From an uncultured delta proteobacterium (GTDB lineage: Bacteria; Desulfobacterota; WTBG01; CAIYCZ01), in contig CAWDOY010000014.1 in assembly GCA_963803975.1 (NCBI GenBank), forward strand, positions 1 to 64,000: 64,000 bases of DNA, read 5' to 3'. The notes beneath the pieces were generated by a model. That model worked only from the letters and a program-made list of their open reading frames with translations, did no database searches and was not told the origin of the DNA. Of the stretch, positions 1 to 10,575 are shown piece after piece. The position numbers and the translations under genes were made by a program. Each line of letters begins with the position of its first letter. Position 1 is the first letter of the stretch.

Positions 1-405
1 GGGTTATAGGCTATAGTACCATTGCTTTTATTTTTTTATTAGAGATCTGAGTTTTTCCAAAATAGCCTGTTGTATTTTAGCCGTTTGTTGTAATGTGCCA
101 GCTTCTAAACCGCAAACCTTGCACACATGTTGTTTTGGACGGATAGAGCAACATCACGAAATGTAATTTTTTTAGCAGTTTTTTTTATTGGCATAAAGCC
201 ATGACCGTTTAAACAATTCATTTTATTCTTTCTCTATGCATTGTGCCTTTATTACTTTTGCCTTTACGCGCCTGCGTGCCTTGGTATGGATTTTTAAATA
301 TTGTCAGTTTTGCGGATAAAAAAATATACTTTTTAATTTATGTTTGATAATAGCTAATCTAAATTGTAGCAATTCACTTAAAATTTATTGGTTTAAAAAC
401 TGGCT

Positions 406-1172
406 ATGAATGGCGACAAGCAACAATTGATTGAATTATTGATTCAAGCTATTCCAGAGTTGACATCCGGACAACTACATTGGCTTCAAAGAGTTGTTAC
501 AGTATTTTCTGCGGAGCACCGCTTTATTTTAAGCAAGTCGGACTTTTTTGACGAGATAACTTTGCAGAATTTTGGCGATGCCTTGCGTATCCACCACAGT
601 TTTTCTGTGGAACCATTAAGTAAAGACAAGTTTGAATACGTTTTTGTAAAGGTCTTAAATATGAGCGGCCATACTGCAACGCTTGCTCCTAAAGGCAACC
701 CCGGACATGACGCAACAATCGATGGAGTCAAAGTTTCTCTCAAAACCCAAGCAGATAAGAGTATTAAAAAAGAAGTGCTGTGGATCAGCAAATTTATGGA
801 ACTTGGTAAGGGGCAATGGGGGGCTGATCCTGCAGACCTGATAGGCTTGCGCAAACAGTTCTTAAAGCATCTTCTAAATTATGACAGAATTATGAGCCTT
901 CGTGCTCTTGCCAAGGGTCCGCACTGGAGATATGAGCTCGTTGAAATTCCAAAGCGTGTTTGGCCAAGGCGAAGACAGGGGAATTGGAAATGATGGTAAA
1001 AAGTAAACAGTCGCCTAAACCAGGGTACTGCTATGTGCGAACCAAGGAAGGCGATACAATTTTTGATCTCTATTTTGATGCAGGGAGCGAACGAAAACTG
1101 CAGATAAAAAATTTAAAAAAGCAATATTGCACCATTCATGCAACTTGGGAATTCTTTATACCTTCGGAATAA
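406..1172 (+). CDS. SmaI-like type II restriction endonuclease, split by one indel near 958-962
   Basis: ORFs 406..993 and 960..1172 join into one ~255 aa protein. Blocks NPGHDATID, SKFMELGKGQW, ELVEIPK, SKQSPKPGY and YFDAGSERKLQIK resemble R.SmaI as I recall it. Convergent with an N4/N6 methyltransferase. Confidence 0.75.
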
Positions 1173-2048
1173 GCGCAGACTGAACGGCAGAAGTGCGTTT
1201 ATTGGAAATTCTGATATACTCTTCCTTTAATTCTATCCCGACGCAGCGTCTTCCAAGTTCCTTTGCCACAATACCTACGGTTCCTGCCCCATAGAAAGGG
1301 TCTAGCAGAACATCATCGGGGCGACTGCCTGCAAGAATACATGGTCGAATGAGCGCTCTCGGAAAGACAGCAAAATGGGCTTCAGGACAGGGTTCCGTGT
1401 TGATAGACCACACTGTTCTTTTGTTCTTCAGTCCGTTGCCATCCGCAGTGAGTTCTTTAATGGTATTTTGATCGAAGAAGTATTGCTCTGACTTGCTAAA
1501 AAGAAAAAGGTATTCGTGGGCAACTGTAAATCTATCCTTCACGCTTTCAGGCTGGCAGTTCGGTTTATACCAGATAATGTCATTTCGAAGATACCAACCA
1601 TCATCTTGACATGCAAAAGCGAGGAGCCAAGCGACACCTATAAGATCTTTTTTCTTAAGCCCTGCAGGTGTTGGTGGCCGATATGACATTGCACGTCCTT
1701 TGTTTTTATCATCTTCCTGCCGCCACTTGCGGCCCCGGACGTATAGGTATTACCTATGTTCAGCCAAAAGGTTCCGTCAGCCTTAAGAACTCTGCGCACC
1801 TCACGAAAAATATTCACCAGGGTTTTGATGTATTCAGTTAAATCCATCTCGGCCCCGATTTGCTCACTAATGCCGTAATCTCTAACGCCCCAATAAGGGG
1901 GGGAGGTAACGACACACTGGATGGAATCATCTGGCAGGCAACGGATAATCTCCCTAGTATCTCCCTGCAAAACAACGATTTGTTGTTCTTTGGTGGGCCA
2001 CTCAACGATTGGTGTTTCAGTAAGTTTTTTACTTATCACGTTTACCAT
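1156..2048 (-). CDS. N4-cytosine DNA methyltransferase (beta class, M.SmaI-like), split by one indel near 1735
   Basis: Catalytic TSPPYW precedes the SAM-binding DPFYGAGT (beta order); HFAVFP present. ORFs 1638..2048 and 1156..1689 join if a G run is one base longer. Confidence 0.85.
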
Positions 2049-2091
2049 ATATTCAACAATATATTATTCCTAACGCAAACGCAATAATAAT

Positions 2092-2283
2092 TTACATCTT
2101 TTTGGGTCGGCCTCGTTTCTTCTTACCGTCCTTGACAAAGCGCACCAACTCAGCTTCATGAATAAGGTGGTCTCTGCCGTATTTCTCTGACACTAACCGT
2201 TCCTCCAATATGAACTGTCGCACTCTTGAGGAAGTCACTCCGAGAAATTTCGCTGCGTCTTCTGTTGTAAAAAGCTTGCTCAT
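2092..2283 (-). CDS. Small excisionase/MerR-like (HTH_17) DNA-binding protein, probable regulator of the R-M locus
   Basis: 63 aa, LFTTEDAAKFLGVTSSRVRQFI HTH, basic C-terminus KKRGRPKK; directly upstream of the methyltransferase. Confidence 0.75.
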   Translation of the reverse strand: MSKLFTTEDAAKFLGVTSSRVRQFILEERLVSEKYGRDHLIHEAELVRFVKDGKKKRGRPKKM

Positions 2284-2433
2284 GAGTAAGAAATATACGA
2301 CGCTTTTGTGATGAAAGCAACTAACTATTGACGAGCAAGGAAGTGCAGTGTAAAGAGAGTCGTGAGGGCTGGCCTACACTCTCAACAAAAATGTGAAGAC
2401 TGGCTACTCCTTCCCCTTGGCAAAGGAGCTAAG

Positions 2434-2886
2434 ATGTCCTACGGAAAAAAGTTAACTAACGCAGAGCTTATCGCTTTTCTTAATGCTAACCGGCACGGCA
2501 TCCTGGCCTTTGCGGGAAAGACGCCGTATGCGCTGCCCATGGGATACATGTACAAGGAGAAAACGCTGCTCCTGTGCCTGACAGATGAAGGCAAAAAAAT
2601 GGAGCGCCTCAAAAAAAATAAGTCGGTATGCTACACCATCTGCAAGCCGCGGTGGGAGACCGAGAAACTGAAAACACCCTGCACCTCTGCGGTGATAGAA
2701 GGAAAGCTGGAAGCGGTGAAGGATAAATCAGTGTACGGCCTTGGGTCAAAAAAGTTTGAGAACATGACGCTCTATAAGCTCGCTATCGCGGAGATGGGCG
2801 CGCGCAAGTGCAATCGCAAGCCCTGCGAGCTGTTTGCCGGCAAGAGCGGCGCGGCAATAAAGGCCAGGGGAAAGAAAAAAGCATAG
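2434..2886 (+). CDS. Pyridoxamine 5'-phosphate oxidase-like FMN-binding protein
   Basis: GILAF..PYALPMGY, GKKMERLKKNKSVCYTI and SAVIEGKLE motifs; AAGGAG RBS before ATG 2434. Confidence 0.7.
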   Translation: MSYGKKLTNAELIAFLNANRHGILAFAGKTPYALPMGYMYKEKTLLLCLTDEGKKMERLKKNKSVCYTICKPRWETEKLKTPCTSAVIEGKLEAVKDKSVYGLGSKKFENMTLYKLAIAEMGARKCNRKPCELFAGKSGAAIKARGKKKA

Positions 2887-2910
2887 AAATTTTATTGGAC
2901 GCAGATTTCA

Positions 2911-2970
2911 CGGTTCGACCGTTCGACAAGCCTTTCCCACAAGCTCAAGGCCGAGTGGCTCACCGCAGGC
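2911..2970. repeat. Short REP-like palindromic repeat (TTCGAC/TAAnCTCA family), copy 1
   Basis: ttcgaccgttcgacaagc...caagctcaaggccgagtggctcaccgc; related to 5229-5268; intergenic. Confidence 0.5.
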
Positions 2971-3052
2971 AGTTAATTTTTTTAGAAACACCTATCCCTG
3001 TTGTATTGTCAGACAATCAGGAAGTAACCGTTATAAATTTGAAGTGGCCTGG

Positions 3053-5119
3053 CTACGGCGCGCCCAGTTTCCCCTTTTCTTCAAGCTCGTCAGCAACATA
3101 GTCAAGCCCTATGCTTTCAAGGGTGCTGCGCTTGGGCCAGCCTGTGGCGACGTCCCATCCCTCGAGCGTGTAGAATCTGGTTTTAAATTCTTCAACTTTC
3201 TGCTTATCAAGAAAGCGACCATTCACTTTCCGGTATGACCATGTTCCGTTCTCAAACCACGGCAGGATATAATTGGTGTCTGGTCCACCTCTGCCGACAA
3301 ACGGTTCCTTATAGATAAATTCCTCAAAACGCACCATATCCCGGTGCCTTCCCTGCAGCGTCCAGATGGCGTTATCAAGATTCCAAATCTTTTTCCCGAG
3401 TGCCACCCCGTCAGCAAAACTGAAATTCTTTCCGGTCACGGCATTATAAAATCGCTGCTCCCCTTCCCCGGTAAGACCTTTGTTGTCCGGCGCCCTGGTA
3501 TTGACAAAATCAGGCCAGCGATTGTCGCAGTACAGCGCCGACTCTTTCCAGAAGCGGGTATAATGACGGTGCCAGGACACCAGCTTGGCAACATGGTCTG
3601 AGTAAATGTTTTCAGTGTTGGCATCAAGCATAAAGGGATCGTCATTATAGGGCTCCATCTTTTCCGTGACTATTTTAACCAGCGTTTCCGCATCCAGCGG
3701 CGGATTGCCCTTGGTCGTAAAATTTTTCCAGAATATGAAACAGAAATCGTGCTCATTTATGTCACGGTCACCCAGGATGGTGCCGTAACCCCAGTGGACT
3801 TCAGCCCTCGGGTCATAGCTGCTGTGGGTGGGCATGCCCCAGTATGCATAATAGAGCAGGTTGGTCCCCAGATCCTTCTCCAGCCGGCCCCAGCGCTTGG
3901 CCGCCCGGTAGAACCCTTCAGCCATATCATCGCCCACGCCCTTGCGTGAAATAATGAGATCATACAGCTTTTCCATAAATTCAAGAGTGTCCAGCTTGTC
4001 AAACGGGAGGTCGCAATCAATTTCCTTCCCCGGCCCCATTACGCCCATTTGATAGAGAGCTTTGATATAACTGTAGCCCTTGATAATTTCATTGGCGTTC
4101 AATCCGAGGCTCTGGGCCAGATACGTCGGACGGTAGGTCTCCTCAGTGTCATTATTTATTGCCTCCTGCCCTGCGTACACAAAGAGATACGTTTCAGAAC
4201 ACATCGACTCGTTTTTAAAGGCCTTTTCCGACCGCTCATGGCAGCCCCGGTGGCAGCCGATACAGGCATGCAGCCGCGCATTGCCCCCGGTTTTCCACAT
4301 CATCTGGTCCTTGCCATCCACGCCGAACCAGGTCCACGCAGAGGCTTCCGGGTGGTACAGATCGTTGCCGTATTCGCGCTGCGCCCAGAGGCGTGATGAA
4401 AGCAGCTCATCCGGGTCCGCAATAGTAATGCTGCCGGTCCCGATAACGCTCACGGCCTTCAGGTTTTTTGATCCCCACACCGCGCCAAACCCGCCCTGCC
4501 CGGCAGCAGCCCCGGCATCATGAATAAGACATGCCATGCGGCTTAATGTTTCACCAGCTGGGCCGATTGTTAAAACCGCAGGCCGCTGCGTGGTCCGGAC
4601 TGCTGTTTCACCTGAAGTAAATTCAAGCCAGTCATTTATAACCGGTTCTCCCGTGACGTATTCCCAGATTTTCTTCTGGGTTTCCCAGGTGCCTTCCCCC
4701 CAGAGCCCGTCCGCGTCACGGATCTGCACGTCATCGTTTCTGATATCAATCCATACCGGCTTGCTCGCTTTTCCCGTAACAGCAATGCCGTCCCAGCCGG
4801 CATACTTCAGCATGGCTGAAAACCGGCCGCCGAAATTACTGCGCGTAAACCATTCAGGATATGTCTGCGCCCCGATCCCCTGCACCTCTGTCCGGGAAGA
4901 TGCCCCGGGCACCATGGTGCCGGAAAGGGGAGAGCTCATCACGGTTACGACATTGGCCGGGTCAAAAGCGCTGATCGTTTTATCTTTCACCAGGTCCCAG
5001 AAAAGTTTTGACCCGATACCATGGCCCCCGCCCCATTCTTCATAGTCGCTGGTGTTGAGAACAGTTATTTCTTTTGTTGTCAGGTTTATCAGTAATATCT
5101 TCCCTGCATATCCATGCAT
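3053..5119 (-). CDS. aor: Tungsten-dependent aldehyde:ferredoxin oxidoreductase (AOR/WOR family), large subunit
   Basis: MHGYAGKILLINLT N-terminus, GGRFSAMLKYAGWDGI, GGFGAVWGSKNLKAV, CIGCHRGC cluster motif, C-terminal FYTLEGWD..TGWP. Confidence 0.9.
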   Translation of the reverse strand: MHGYAGKILLINLTTKEITVLNTSDYEEWGGGHGIGSKLFWDLVKDKTISAFDPANVVTVMSSPLSGTMVPGASSRTEVQGIGAQTYPEWFTRSNFGGRFSAMLKYAGWDGIAVTGKASKPVWIDIRNDDVQIRDADGLWGEGTWETQKKIWEYVTGEPVINDWLEFTSGETAVRTTQRPAVLTIGPAGETLSRMACLIHDAGAAAGQGGFGAVWGSKNLKAVSVIGTGSITIADPDELLSSRLWAQREYGNDLYHPEASAWTWFGVDGKDQMMWKTGGNARLHACIGCHRGCHERSEKAFKNESMCSETYLFVYAGQEAINNDTEETYRPTYLAQSLGLNANEIIKGYSYIKALYQMGVMGPGKEIDCDLPFDKLDTLEFMEKLYDLIISRKGVGDDMAEGFYRAAKRWGRLEKDLGTNLLYYAYWGMPTHSSYDPRAEVHWGYGTILGDRDINEHDFCFIFWKNFTTKGNPPLDAETLVKIVTEKMEPYNDDPFMLDANTENIYSDHVAKLVSWHRHYTRFWKESALYCDNRWPDFVNTRAPDNKGLTGEGEQRFYNAVTGKNFSFADGVALGKKIWNLDNAIWTLQGRHRDMVRFEEFIYKEPFVGRGGPDTNYILPWFENGTWSYRKVNGRFLDKQKVEEFKTRFYTLEGWDVATGWPKRSTLESIGLDYVADELEEKGKLGAP

Positions 5120-5228
5120 GGTGCTACCTCCTGTTAGTTCTCATAACGCCGTACCCGCGACTTAGTGCTTCGGTTCGCAAATACGGTGCCGTATGGGATC
5201 CAGAGAAATGCCCTGCAATGCTCACTCA

Positions 5229-5268
5229 GCCCTTCGATAAACTCAGGGCGGTGAGCCTGTCGAATCGC
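5229..5268. repeat. Short REP-like palindromic repeat, copy 2
   Basis: ttcgataaactcagggcggtgagcctgtcgaa hairpin in the spacer between the two AOR-operon genes. Confidence 0.55.
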
Positions 5269-5318
5269 ACTAAGTCCTGAGTGAGTAAATTCGACACCGA
5301 ATTTATGAATCGCAGGAC

Positions 5319-6005
5319 TTAGTCTGTAGGATATCCCAGCCGGGCCCATTCTTCTCCCCGCAGGTTAACATTGTATCCGTCGTCCCCTTCCTGGTCCGGG
5401 ATGACTTTGGTAAACACTATCGCGCCCAGCGGGCATATTTCGCGGCAGGCCTGCTTTCCTTCCGGGCCGCCTTTTTCTTTCCAGTGCGGCGTGTAGGCGC
5501 ACAGGTCGCATTTTTGTGAATGGCGTTCCTCGAAATTCCAGATAGCCCTGCTTGGCTTATACGAGCAGGCGCTGACACAGCGCCGGCAGCCGATGCATTT
5601 AGTTATATCAACGGTGGTGACGTTGCCGTAGTCAGGGTCGTAGCTGAGCGCGCGGGTGGGGCAGACGGCAACACAGGCAGGTTCCACGCACTGCCGGCAC
5701 TGGACCAGGGTCAGATCCCTGGGCCATGGCTCAAAAGGATTTTGCAGCACCTGGATTCTCGACAGGGACAGGTTTTCAACGCCATGATGCGTGAGGGAAC
5801 AGGCCAGCATGCAGGACATGCAGCCCTGGCACTTCTTCATATCAACCAGAAGAAAACCCCAGTGCACCTCCGCTTTCCCTCCGGGGCCGCCTTTACAGCC
5901 GATAACACAGGCCCCGATCACTGCCATGCCGGAATATTTTATAAAATCCCTGCGGGTAATAGTGGCCGGCGAGGTCCTCTCCTGCCGGCGCGTCTTTTCG
6001 CTCAT
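5319..6005 (-). CDS. Multi-4Fe-4S electron-transfer subunit (DmsB/HybA-like) with twin-arginine signal and possible lipobox
   Basis: TRRDFIK Tat motif, hydrophobic stretch ending VIGC, then CQGCMSCMLAC, CRQCVEPACVAVCP, CIGCRRCVSAC, KCDLC...ACREICP. Confidence 0.88.
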   Translation of the reverse strand: MSEKTRRQERTSPATITRRDFIKYSGMAVIGACVIGCKGGPGGKAEVHWGFLLVDMKKCQGCMSCMLACSLTHHGVENLSLSRIQVLQNPFEPWPRDLTLVQCRQCVEPACVAVCPTRALSYDPDYGNVTTVDITKCIGCRRCVSACSYKPSRAIWNFEERHSQKCDLCAYTPHWKEKGGPEGKQACREICPLGAIVFTKVIPDQEGDDGYNVNLRGEEWARLGYPTD

Positions 6006-6172
6006 ACCGCCCCCTGCGCATCTATTGTTATTGTTCTGTTAAACCTGTGGGTAATGAAATTTGACTCGTGCAGCGGCAAAGAAACTTTCTGCCGGGCCTG
6101 CCTCGGTGTGATGGGGCTGGTGGGGCATAAAGGCGATCTGTCGCTTCCGGTTGGAGCCGGTTTACCGGCACC

Positions 6173-6200
6173 ATTATCAACAAAGCGGCTACGGTGTCAA
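6173..6200 (-). promoter_or_regulatory. Putative sigma70 promoter of the AOR operon
   Basis: Minus strand TTGACA-N16-GATAAT about 170 nt upstream of the Fe-S gene. Confidence 0.45.
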
Positions 6201-6300
6201 CCGGTTTTATCCCCGGCCTCCATAGCACTGCCTGCCCTCCGCACAAAGCTTGCTTCGGAAGGCGGGCGGAGGGTGGACGTTCATCTGCGTCCTCCGGTTT

Positions 6301-7525
6301 TTAAAAAGATATCTTGTGGCTTCCCTCAGGCCGCCACGCGGGAGAGATGACGCCTGCATGATTATAGCGCTTGAGCAGGCTTCCCCAGGTAAGGGAAAAA
6401 TCCCCGAACCTGCTGTTCACTTCATCCATGGCCCGGGTGATGACCTGCGAGCGCTGCTGCTCCGGGAACAGGGGGATCTGGCCCGTATCTTTGCTGAGAC
6501 CGGAGAGGCTCACGCCCAGCAGCCGCACTGCCTGCTGCAGGCGGAAGGATGAGAGAATTTCCTGCGCCGCGCGAAAAATATCAAGGCTCTCCTGTATGCA
6601 ATTGTGCAGGGAGTGCTGCTTAGTGAAGGTGGTAAAGTCCGCGTAGCGCACGGTGAGCGAAACCGTCCTGCCGCAGAACCCTTCCCGCCGCACCCTTCGT
6701 CCCACCATTTCAGAAAGCTGCAGAAGGTACGCGTCCAGAATGTCCCGCTGATAAATATCAGCGCTGAAGGTCATGCTGTGGCCGATTGATTTTGCCTCCG
6801 GCTCGCTCTCAAGCGGCACCACCGGGCTTTCATCTTCGCCCCGGCCCATGCGGTGCAGCACCTCGCCGATGATGCCGAAGTGGTGCCTGAGCAGCATCGG
6901 GTCTGCCCGGCCCAGCTCAGCGCAGGTGTGAATGCCAAGCGTGGCGAGCTTTAGTTCCACCTTTTTGCCGATGCCGCAGAGCTTTGAGACGGGGAGGTTG
7001 TCAAGAAAGCCCGGCACTGCTTCCGGCGCGATCTCCGCCAGCCCGTCAGGCTTGTGCAGGTCGCTGGCAAGCTTTGCCAGGAGCTTGTTGGGCGCTATCC
7101 CTGCTGAGCAGGTGAGGCCGAAGCGTTTTCGCACGCGCTCCTTGATGCGCTGCGCGATAGACGCGGGCGCCGCCGAAGAGCTGCAGCGACCCGGTCAGAT
7201 CAAGAAACGCTTCATCCACCGAGTAGACCTCAACCAGCGGCGTAAAGCACCGGTACACGGAAACCAATTCGGCGCAGGTGTCAGTGTACTTGGTATTGTT
7301 GCCCTCGACTAAAATAATATGCGGGCAGCGCCGGCGCGCCTCGTACACGGTCATGCCGGTCTTCACGCCCCACTCCCGCGCCTCATAGGAGGAGGTGGTG
7401 ACAATGGTGCGCGCTCCCGAGCCGATCACCGCGATGGGCTTGCCCCTGAGCGCGGGGTTGCACTGCTGCTCCACGGACGCGAAATACGCATCCATGTCAA
7501 GGTGCATGATTGTTCTCTCGCTCAC
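6301..7525 (-). CDS. dinB: DNA polymerase IV (Y family), one indel near 7165
   Basis: HLDMDAYFASVEQ, SYEAR..GVKTGM, YSVDEAFLD, SAGIAPNKLLAKLASDLHKPDG, VRLLGVS; two ORFs join on removing one base. Confidence 0.92.
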
Positions 7526-7773
7526 GGCGCGCCGTCCTCGATTGCTTCAAGCTTCCAGTGGAGCCGCTCCGGCTGGAACACCAGCTCGTAGAGGTTGATG
7601 CCGTCGCTCACGGAAAAGTGATGAAAGAGCGTCTGGCCGATGTTTTCCTTCCAGCAGTAGGTAACTTCCTGCACTTTTATTTTTCTGCCGTGATAGAAAA
7701 ACCAGCGGGGCACAACACCCGCTTGCCTGAACACCGCGCCGACCTGCACCGGCTCATTTAAATATACGACCAT
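7522..7773 (-). CDS. Small beta-rich protein (DUF6504-like) in the SOS cassette
   Basis: 83 aa, GAGGAGG RBS, stop overlaps the dinB start; PRWFFYHGR...W...HHFSV...YELVF..W pattern. Confidence 0.65.
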   Translation of the reverse strand: MVVYLNEPVQVGAVFRQAGVVPRWFFYHGRKIKVQEVTYCWKENIGQTLFHHFSVSDGINLYELVFQPERLHWKLEAIEDGAP

Positions 7774-7797
7774 ATAAGTGCCTCCTCGCAAAAACAC

Positions 7798-7882
7798 CGA
7801 GTTGGAGAGTTCAGCGTTAGGAGTTTAAGAGTTATTTAACTTCGGAACTCCTTAACTCCACAACTCCTTAACTCGCAACTAC
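7798..7882. repeat. Imperfect inverted array of short GAGTT/AACTC units
   Basis: gagttggagagttcagcgttaggagtttaagagtt followed by aacttcggaactccttaactccacaactccttaactc. Confidence 0.55.
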
Positions 7883-7890
7883 CTTTGGCG

Positions 7891-8517
7891 TTACGATTCC
7901 AGGCGGCGGATGATTGCTACCACCTTGCCGGCCAGCATAACCTCTCCCTGTCCTTCCTTGATAACAATCGGCTTCATGCCGGCATTTGCCGGCTGCAGGC
8001 GGATCCGGTCTTTTCCCCTGAAGAAGTATTTGATGGTGGCTTCATCATTAATTATGACTGCCGCGATTTCACCCTGCTCAACCTGGGCCTGCGGCCGGAT
8101 CAGGGCCAGGTCCCCATCAAGGATTGACGCATCGATCATGCTGTCGCCCCGCACCCTGAGGGCAAAGAGGCCTTCTCCGCGGGCCAGCGCCGGGTCTATG
8201 GTCACGCTTCCCTCTATGTTTTCAACCGCAAGCAGCGGGGTGCCGGCCCGGATAGTACCGACAACGGGAATGGTGAGGCCAGGGGTTCCGGTCCTGCTGC
8301 CCACGATGTCAATCGCCCGGGAGCCGCGGGCGGTTTTGCGTATGTAGCCCTTGCGCTCCAGGATATCGAGAATCTTTTTGGCGCCGTGCGGCCCTGCCAT
8401 CCCCAGGCTTGCGGCGATCTCCCGCACTGTGGGCGGATAGCCGACGTCATGGACATGCTTTTTCAGAAAGGTAAATACCCGTTCCTGCTTTGAAGAAAGT
8501 GTTTCTTTCTTTTTCAT
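7891..8517 (-). CDS. lexA: SOS repressor LexA
   Basis: GYPPTVREIA winged HTH, Ala-Gly cleavage site (IRAG), catalytic Ser (VRGDSM) and Lys (ATIKY). Confidence 0.95.
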   Translation of the reverse strand: MKKKETLSSKQERVFTFLKKHVHDVGYPPTVREIAASLGMAGPHGAKKILDILERKGYIRKTARGSRAIDIVGSRTGTPGLTIPVVGTIRAGTPLLAVENIEGSVTIDPALARGEGLFALRVRGDSMIDASILDGDLALIRPQAQVEQGEIAAVIINDEATIKYFFRGKDRIRLQPANAGMKPIVIKEGQGEVMLAGKVVAIIRRLES

Positions 8518-8566
8518 GGGTGTAAAACCTCGAATCCTTGACCCCTCGAATCCTGCTGTCAAAATA

Positions 8567-8613
8567 GTTGTACATATGTTATACTTTTTACCGTTGGTTC
8601 AGTTTTCTGTCAA
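8567..8613 (-). promoter_or_regulatory. lexA promoter with candidate LexA operator
   Basis: Minus strand TTGACA-N17-TAAAAA followed directly by the imperfect palindrome GTATAACATATGTACAAC (8567-8584). Confidence 0.55.
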
Positions 8614-8768
8614 GGAGTTTTTTTCTGCTTCTTTGCAGCGCCGGTAATTTATGTTGAAAAAAAGGGGGATTACCGTTTATAGTTAAGCTGTCAGACGGCT
8701 TTCAGCTGAAACACTGAAGCGGCTAATGGTTCCGCAAGCCAACCGCTAAATATTCTGGAGGATATTAC

Positions 8769-10436
8769 ATGCGCAGCGACAAAATGAAAAAAGGCATTGA
8801 AAAGGCCCCGCACCGCTCTCTTTTTAAGGCCATGGGCTATATCGACAGGGAAATCGAGCAGCCCCTTGTGGGGATCGTCAATTCAGCAAACGAGATAATC
8901 CCCGGGCACATTCACCTGGATATTATCGCCTCGGCAGTGAAGGCAGGGGTGCGCATGGCAGGCGGCACGCCGATTGAATTTCCCACCATCGGCGTGTGCG
9001 ACGGCATTGCCATGAACCACGAGGGCATGAAGTATTCCCTTGCCAGCCGCGAGCTGATTGCAGACTCCATTGAAGTGATGGCCATAGCGCATCCGTTTGA
9101 CGGCCTGGTCCTGATACCAAACTGCGACAAGGTCATCCCGGGAATGCTCATGGCAGCGCTGCGCCTCAATATCCCGGCCATCGTGGTGAGCGGCGGGCCC
9201 ATGCTTGCCGGCCGCATGGGGGGGCGGAAAATTGACCTGATAACCGTGTTTGAGGGTGTGGGCGGCGTTAAGTCCGGCCGGATGAGCGCGGACGAGCTTC
9301 TCATGCTTGAGGATAATGCCTGCCCCGGATGCGGCTCCTGCTCCGGGATGTTTACCGCCAACTCCATGAACTGCCTCACCGAAGCCCTCGGGCTCGGGCT
9401 TCCCGGCAACGGCACCATCCCCGCGGTCTATGCAGCACGGCAGCGGCTGGCAAAGCAGGCAGGCCTCCAGGTCATGGAGCTCATCAAAAAAGATATCAGG
9501 CCGCGGGATATAGCCACCCCCGAGGCATTTAAAAATGCCATTGCCGTGGACATGGCCCTGGGCTGCTCAACCAACACGGTCCTCCATGTGCCGGCAATTG
9601 CCCATGAGGCGCAGGTGGATTTAAATCTCACGGTTTTTAACGAGATGAGCAAAAAAACACCCCACATCTGCTCATTAAGCCCGGGCGGGGTTCATCACCT
9701 GGAGGACCTGAACGCTGCCGGCGGCGTACCGGCGGTCATGGCAGAGCTTTTTAAAAGAGGCCTCATCAATGGAAACTGCCTGACCGTGACCGGGAAAAAA
9801 GTAAAGGACACTTTAAAGGGAGCAAAAGTTCTCAATCCCGATGTCATTCGACCCTTAAACAATCCGTATCACCGGGAGGGAGGCATCGCCATACTGCGCG
9901 GTAACCTTGCGCCTGATGGCGCCGTGGTAAAGCAGTCGGCAGTGGCACCGGAGATGCTGCGCAGTAACGGGACGGCAAAAGTCTTTAACTCCGAGGAGGA
10001 GGCGGTTGCCGCAATCCTCGGCAACAGGATCAAGCGCGGCAACGTGGTGGTGATACGCTACGAGGGGCCCAAGGGCGGGCCGGGCATGCGGGAAATGCTC
10101 ACCCCCACTTCAGCTATTGCCGGCATGGGACTTGATAAGGATGTGGCGCTCATTACCGACGGCCGCTTCAGCGGCGGGACCCGCGGCGCTGCCATCGGCC
10201 ACATTTCACCGGAAGCAGCTGAAGGCGGCCTGATCGGGCTCATTAAAGATGGCGATATAATTGAGATTGATATTCCCGGGAAAAAAATAAATTTAAAAGT
10301 CAGTGCAGCAGAAACTGCCAGAAGAAAAAAGAAGTGGCGCCCGCCGGAGCCAAAGATCAAGAGCGGGTATGCATACCGCTACTCACAGATGGTTACCTCT
10401 GCCAGCACCGGGGCGATATTCAAGGAGAAGCTCTGA
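8769..10436 (+). CDS. ilvD: Dihydroxy-acid dehydratase
   Basis: [54 protein letters not shown]. Confidence 0.97.
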   Translation: MRSDKMKKGIEKAPHRSLFKAMGYIDREIEQPLVGIVNSANEIIPGHIHLDIIASAVKAGVRMAGGTPIEFPTIGVCDGIAMNHEGMKYSLASRELIADSIEVMAIAHPFDGLVLIPNCDKVIPGMLMAALRLNIPAIVVSGGPMLAGRMGGRKIDLITVFEGVGGVKSGRMSADELLMLEDNACPGCGSCSGMFTANSMNCLTEALGLGLPGNGTIPAVYAARQRLAKQAGLQVMELIKKDIRPRDIATPEAFKNAIAVDMALGCSTNTVLHVPAIAHEAQVDLNLTVFNEMSKKTPHICSLSPGGVHHLEDLNAAGGVPAVMAELFKRGLINGNCLTVTGKKVKDTLKGAKVLNPDVIRPLNNPYHREGGIAILRGNLAPDGAVVKQSAVAPEMLRSNGTAKVFNSEEEAVAAILGNRIKRGNVVVIRYEGPKGGPGMREMLTPTSAIAGMGLDKDVALITDGRFSGGTRGAAIGHISPEAAEGGLIGLIKDGDIIEIDIPGKKINLKVSAAETARRKKKWRPPEPKIKSGYAYRYSQMVTSASTGAIFKEKL

Positions 10437-10575
10437 AAATTTCAGATTGCGGAATGCGGATTTCGGAATGGAATTCGCAACTTGTGATTGAGAAAAGTGA
10501 AAAGGTGCAGGCGGAAAGAAATAAATGAGCGCTGATCCCGAAGGCTTTTGAGATAAACGCTCATCACCGTGAAAT

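Noticed and set aside
1..405. Short minus-strand ORF with CxxC or selenocysteine read-through
   Set aside because: No convincing start, RBS or SECIS; AT-rich sequence at the window edge
2092..2283. Prophage or integrative-element excisionase
   Set aside because: No integrase, att site or phage genes in the window; more likely a local regulator, though an element extending to the left cannot be excluded
6006..6172. Moco/tungsten-cofactor riboswitch in the AOR operon leader
   Set aside because: Small hairpins are present, but I could not find the conserved Moco RNA motif features
5520..6350. Long antisense or alternative-frame ORFs (also 15945..16787, 46716..47447, 49711..50361, 57635..58363)
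   Set aside because: Shadows of well-supported genes with no recognisable motifs
7798..7882. CRISPR array
   Set aside because: Units are 5-9 nt and inverted, with no unique spacers and no cas genes; no CRISPR array was seen anywhere in the window
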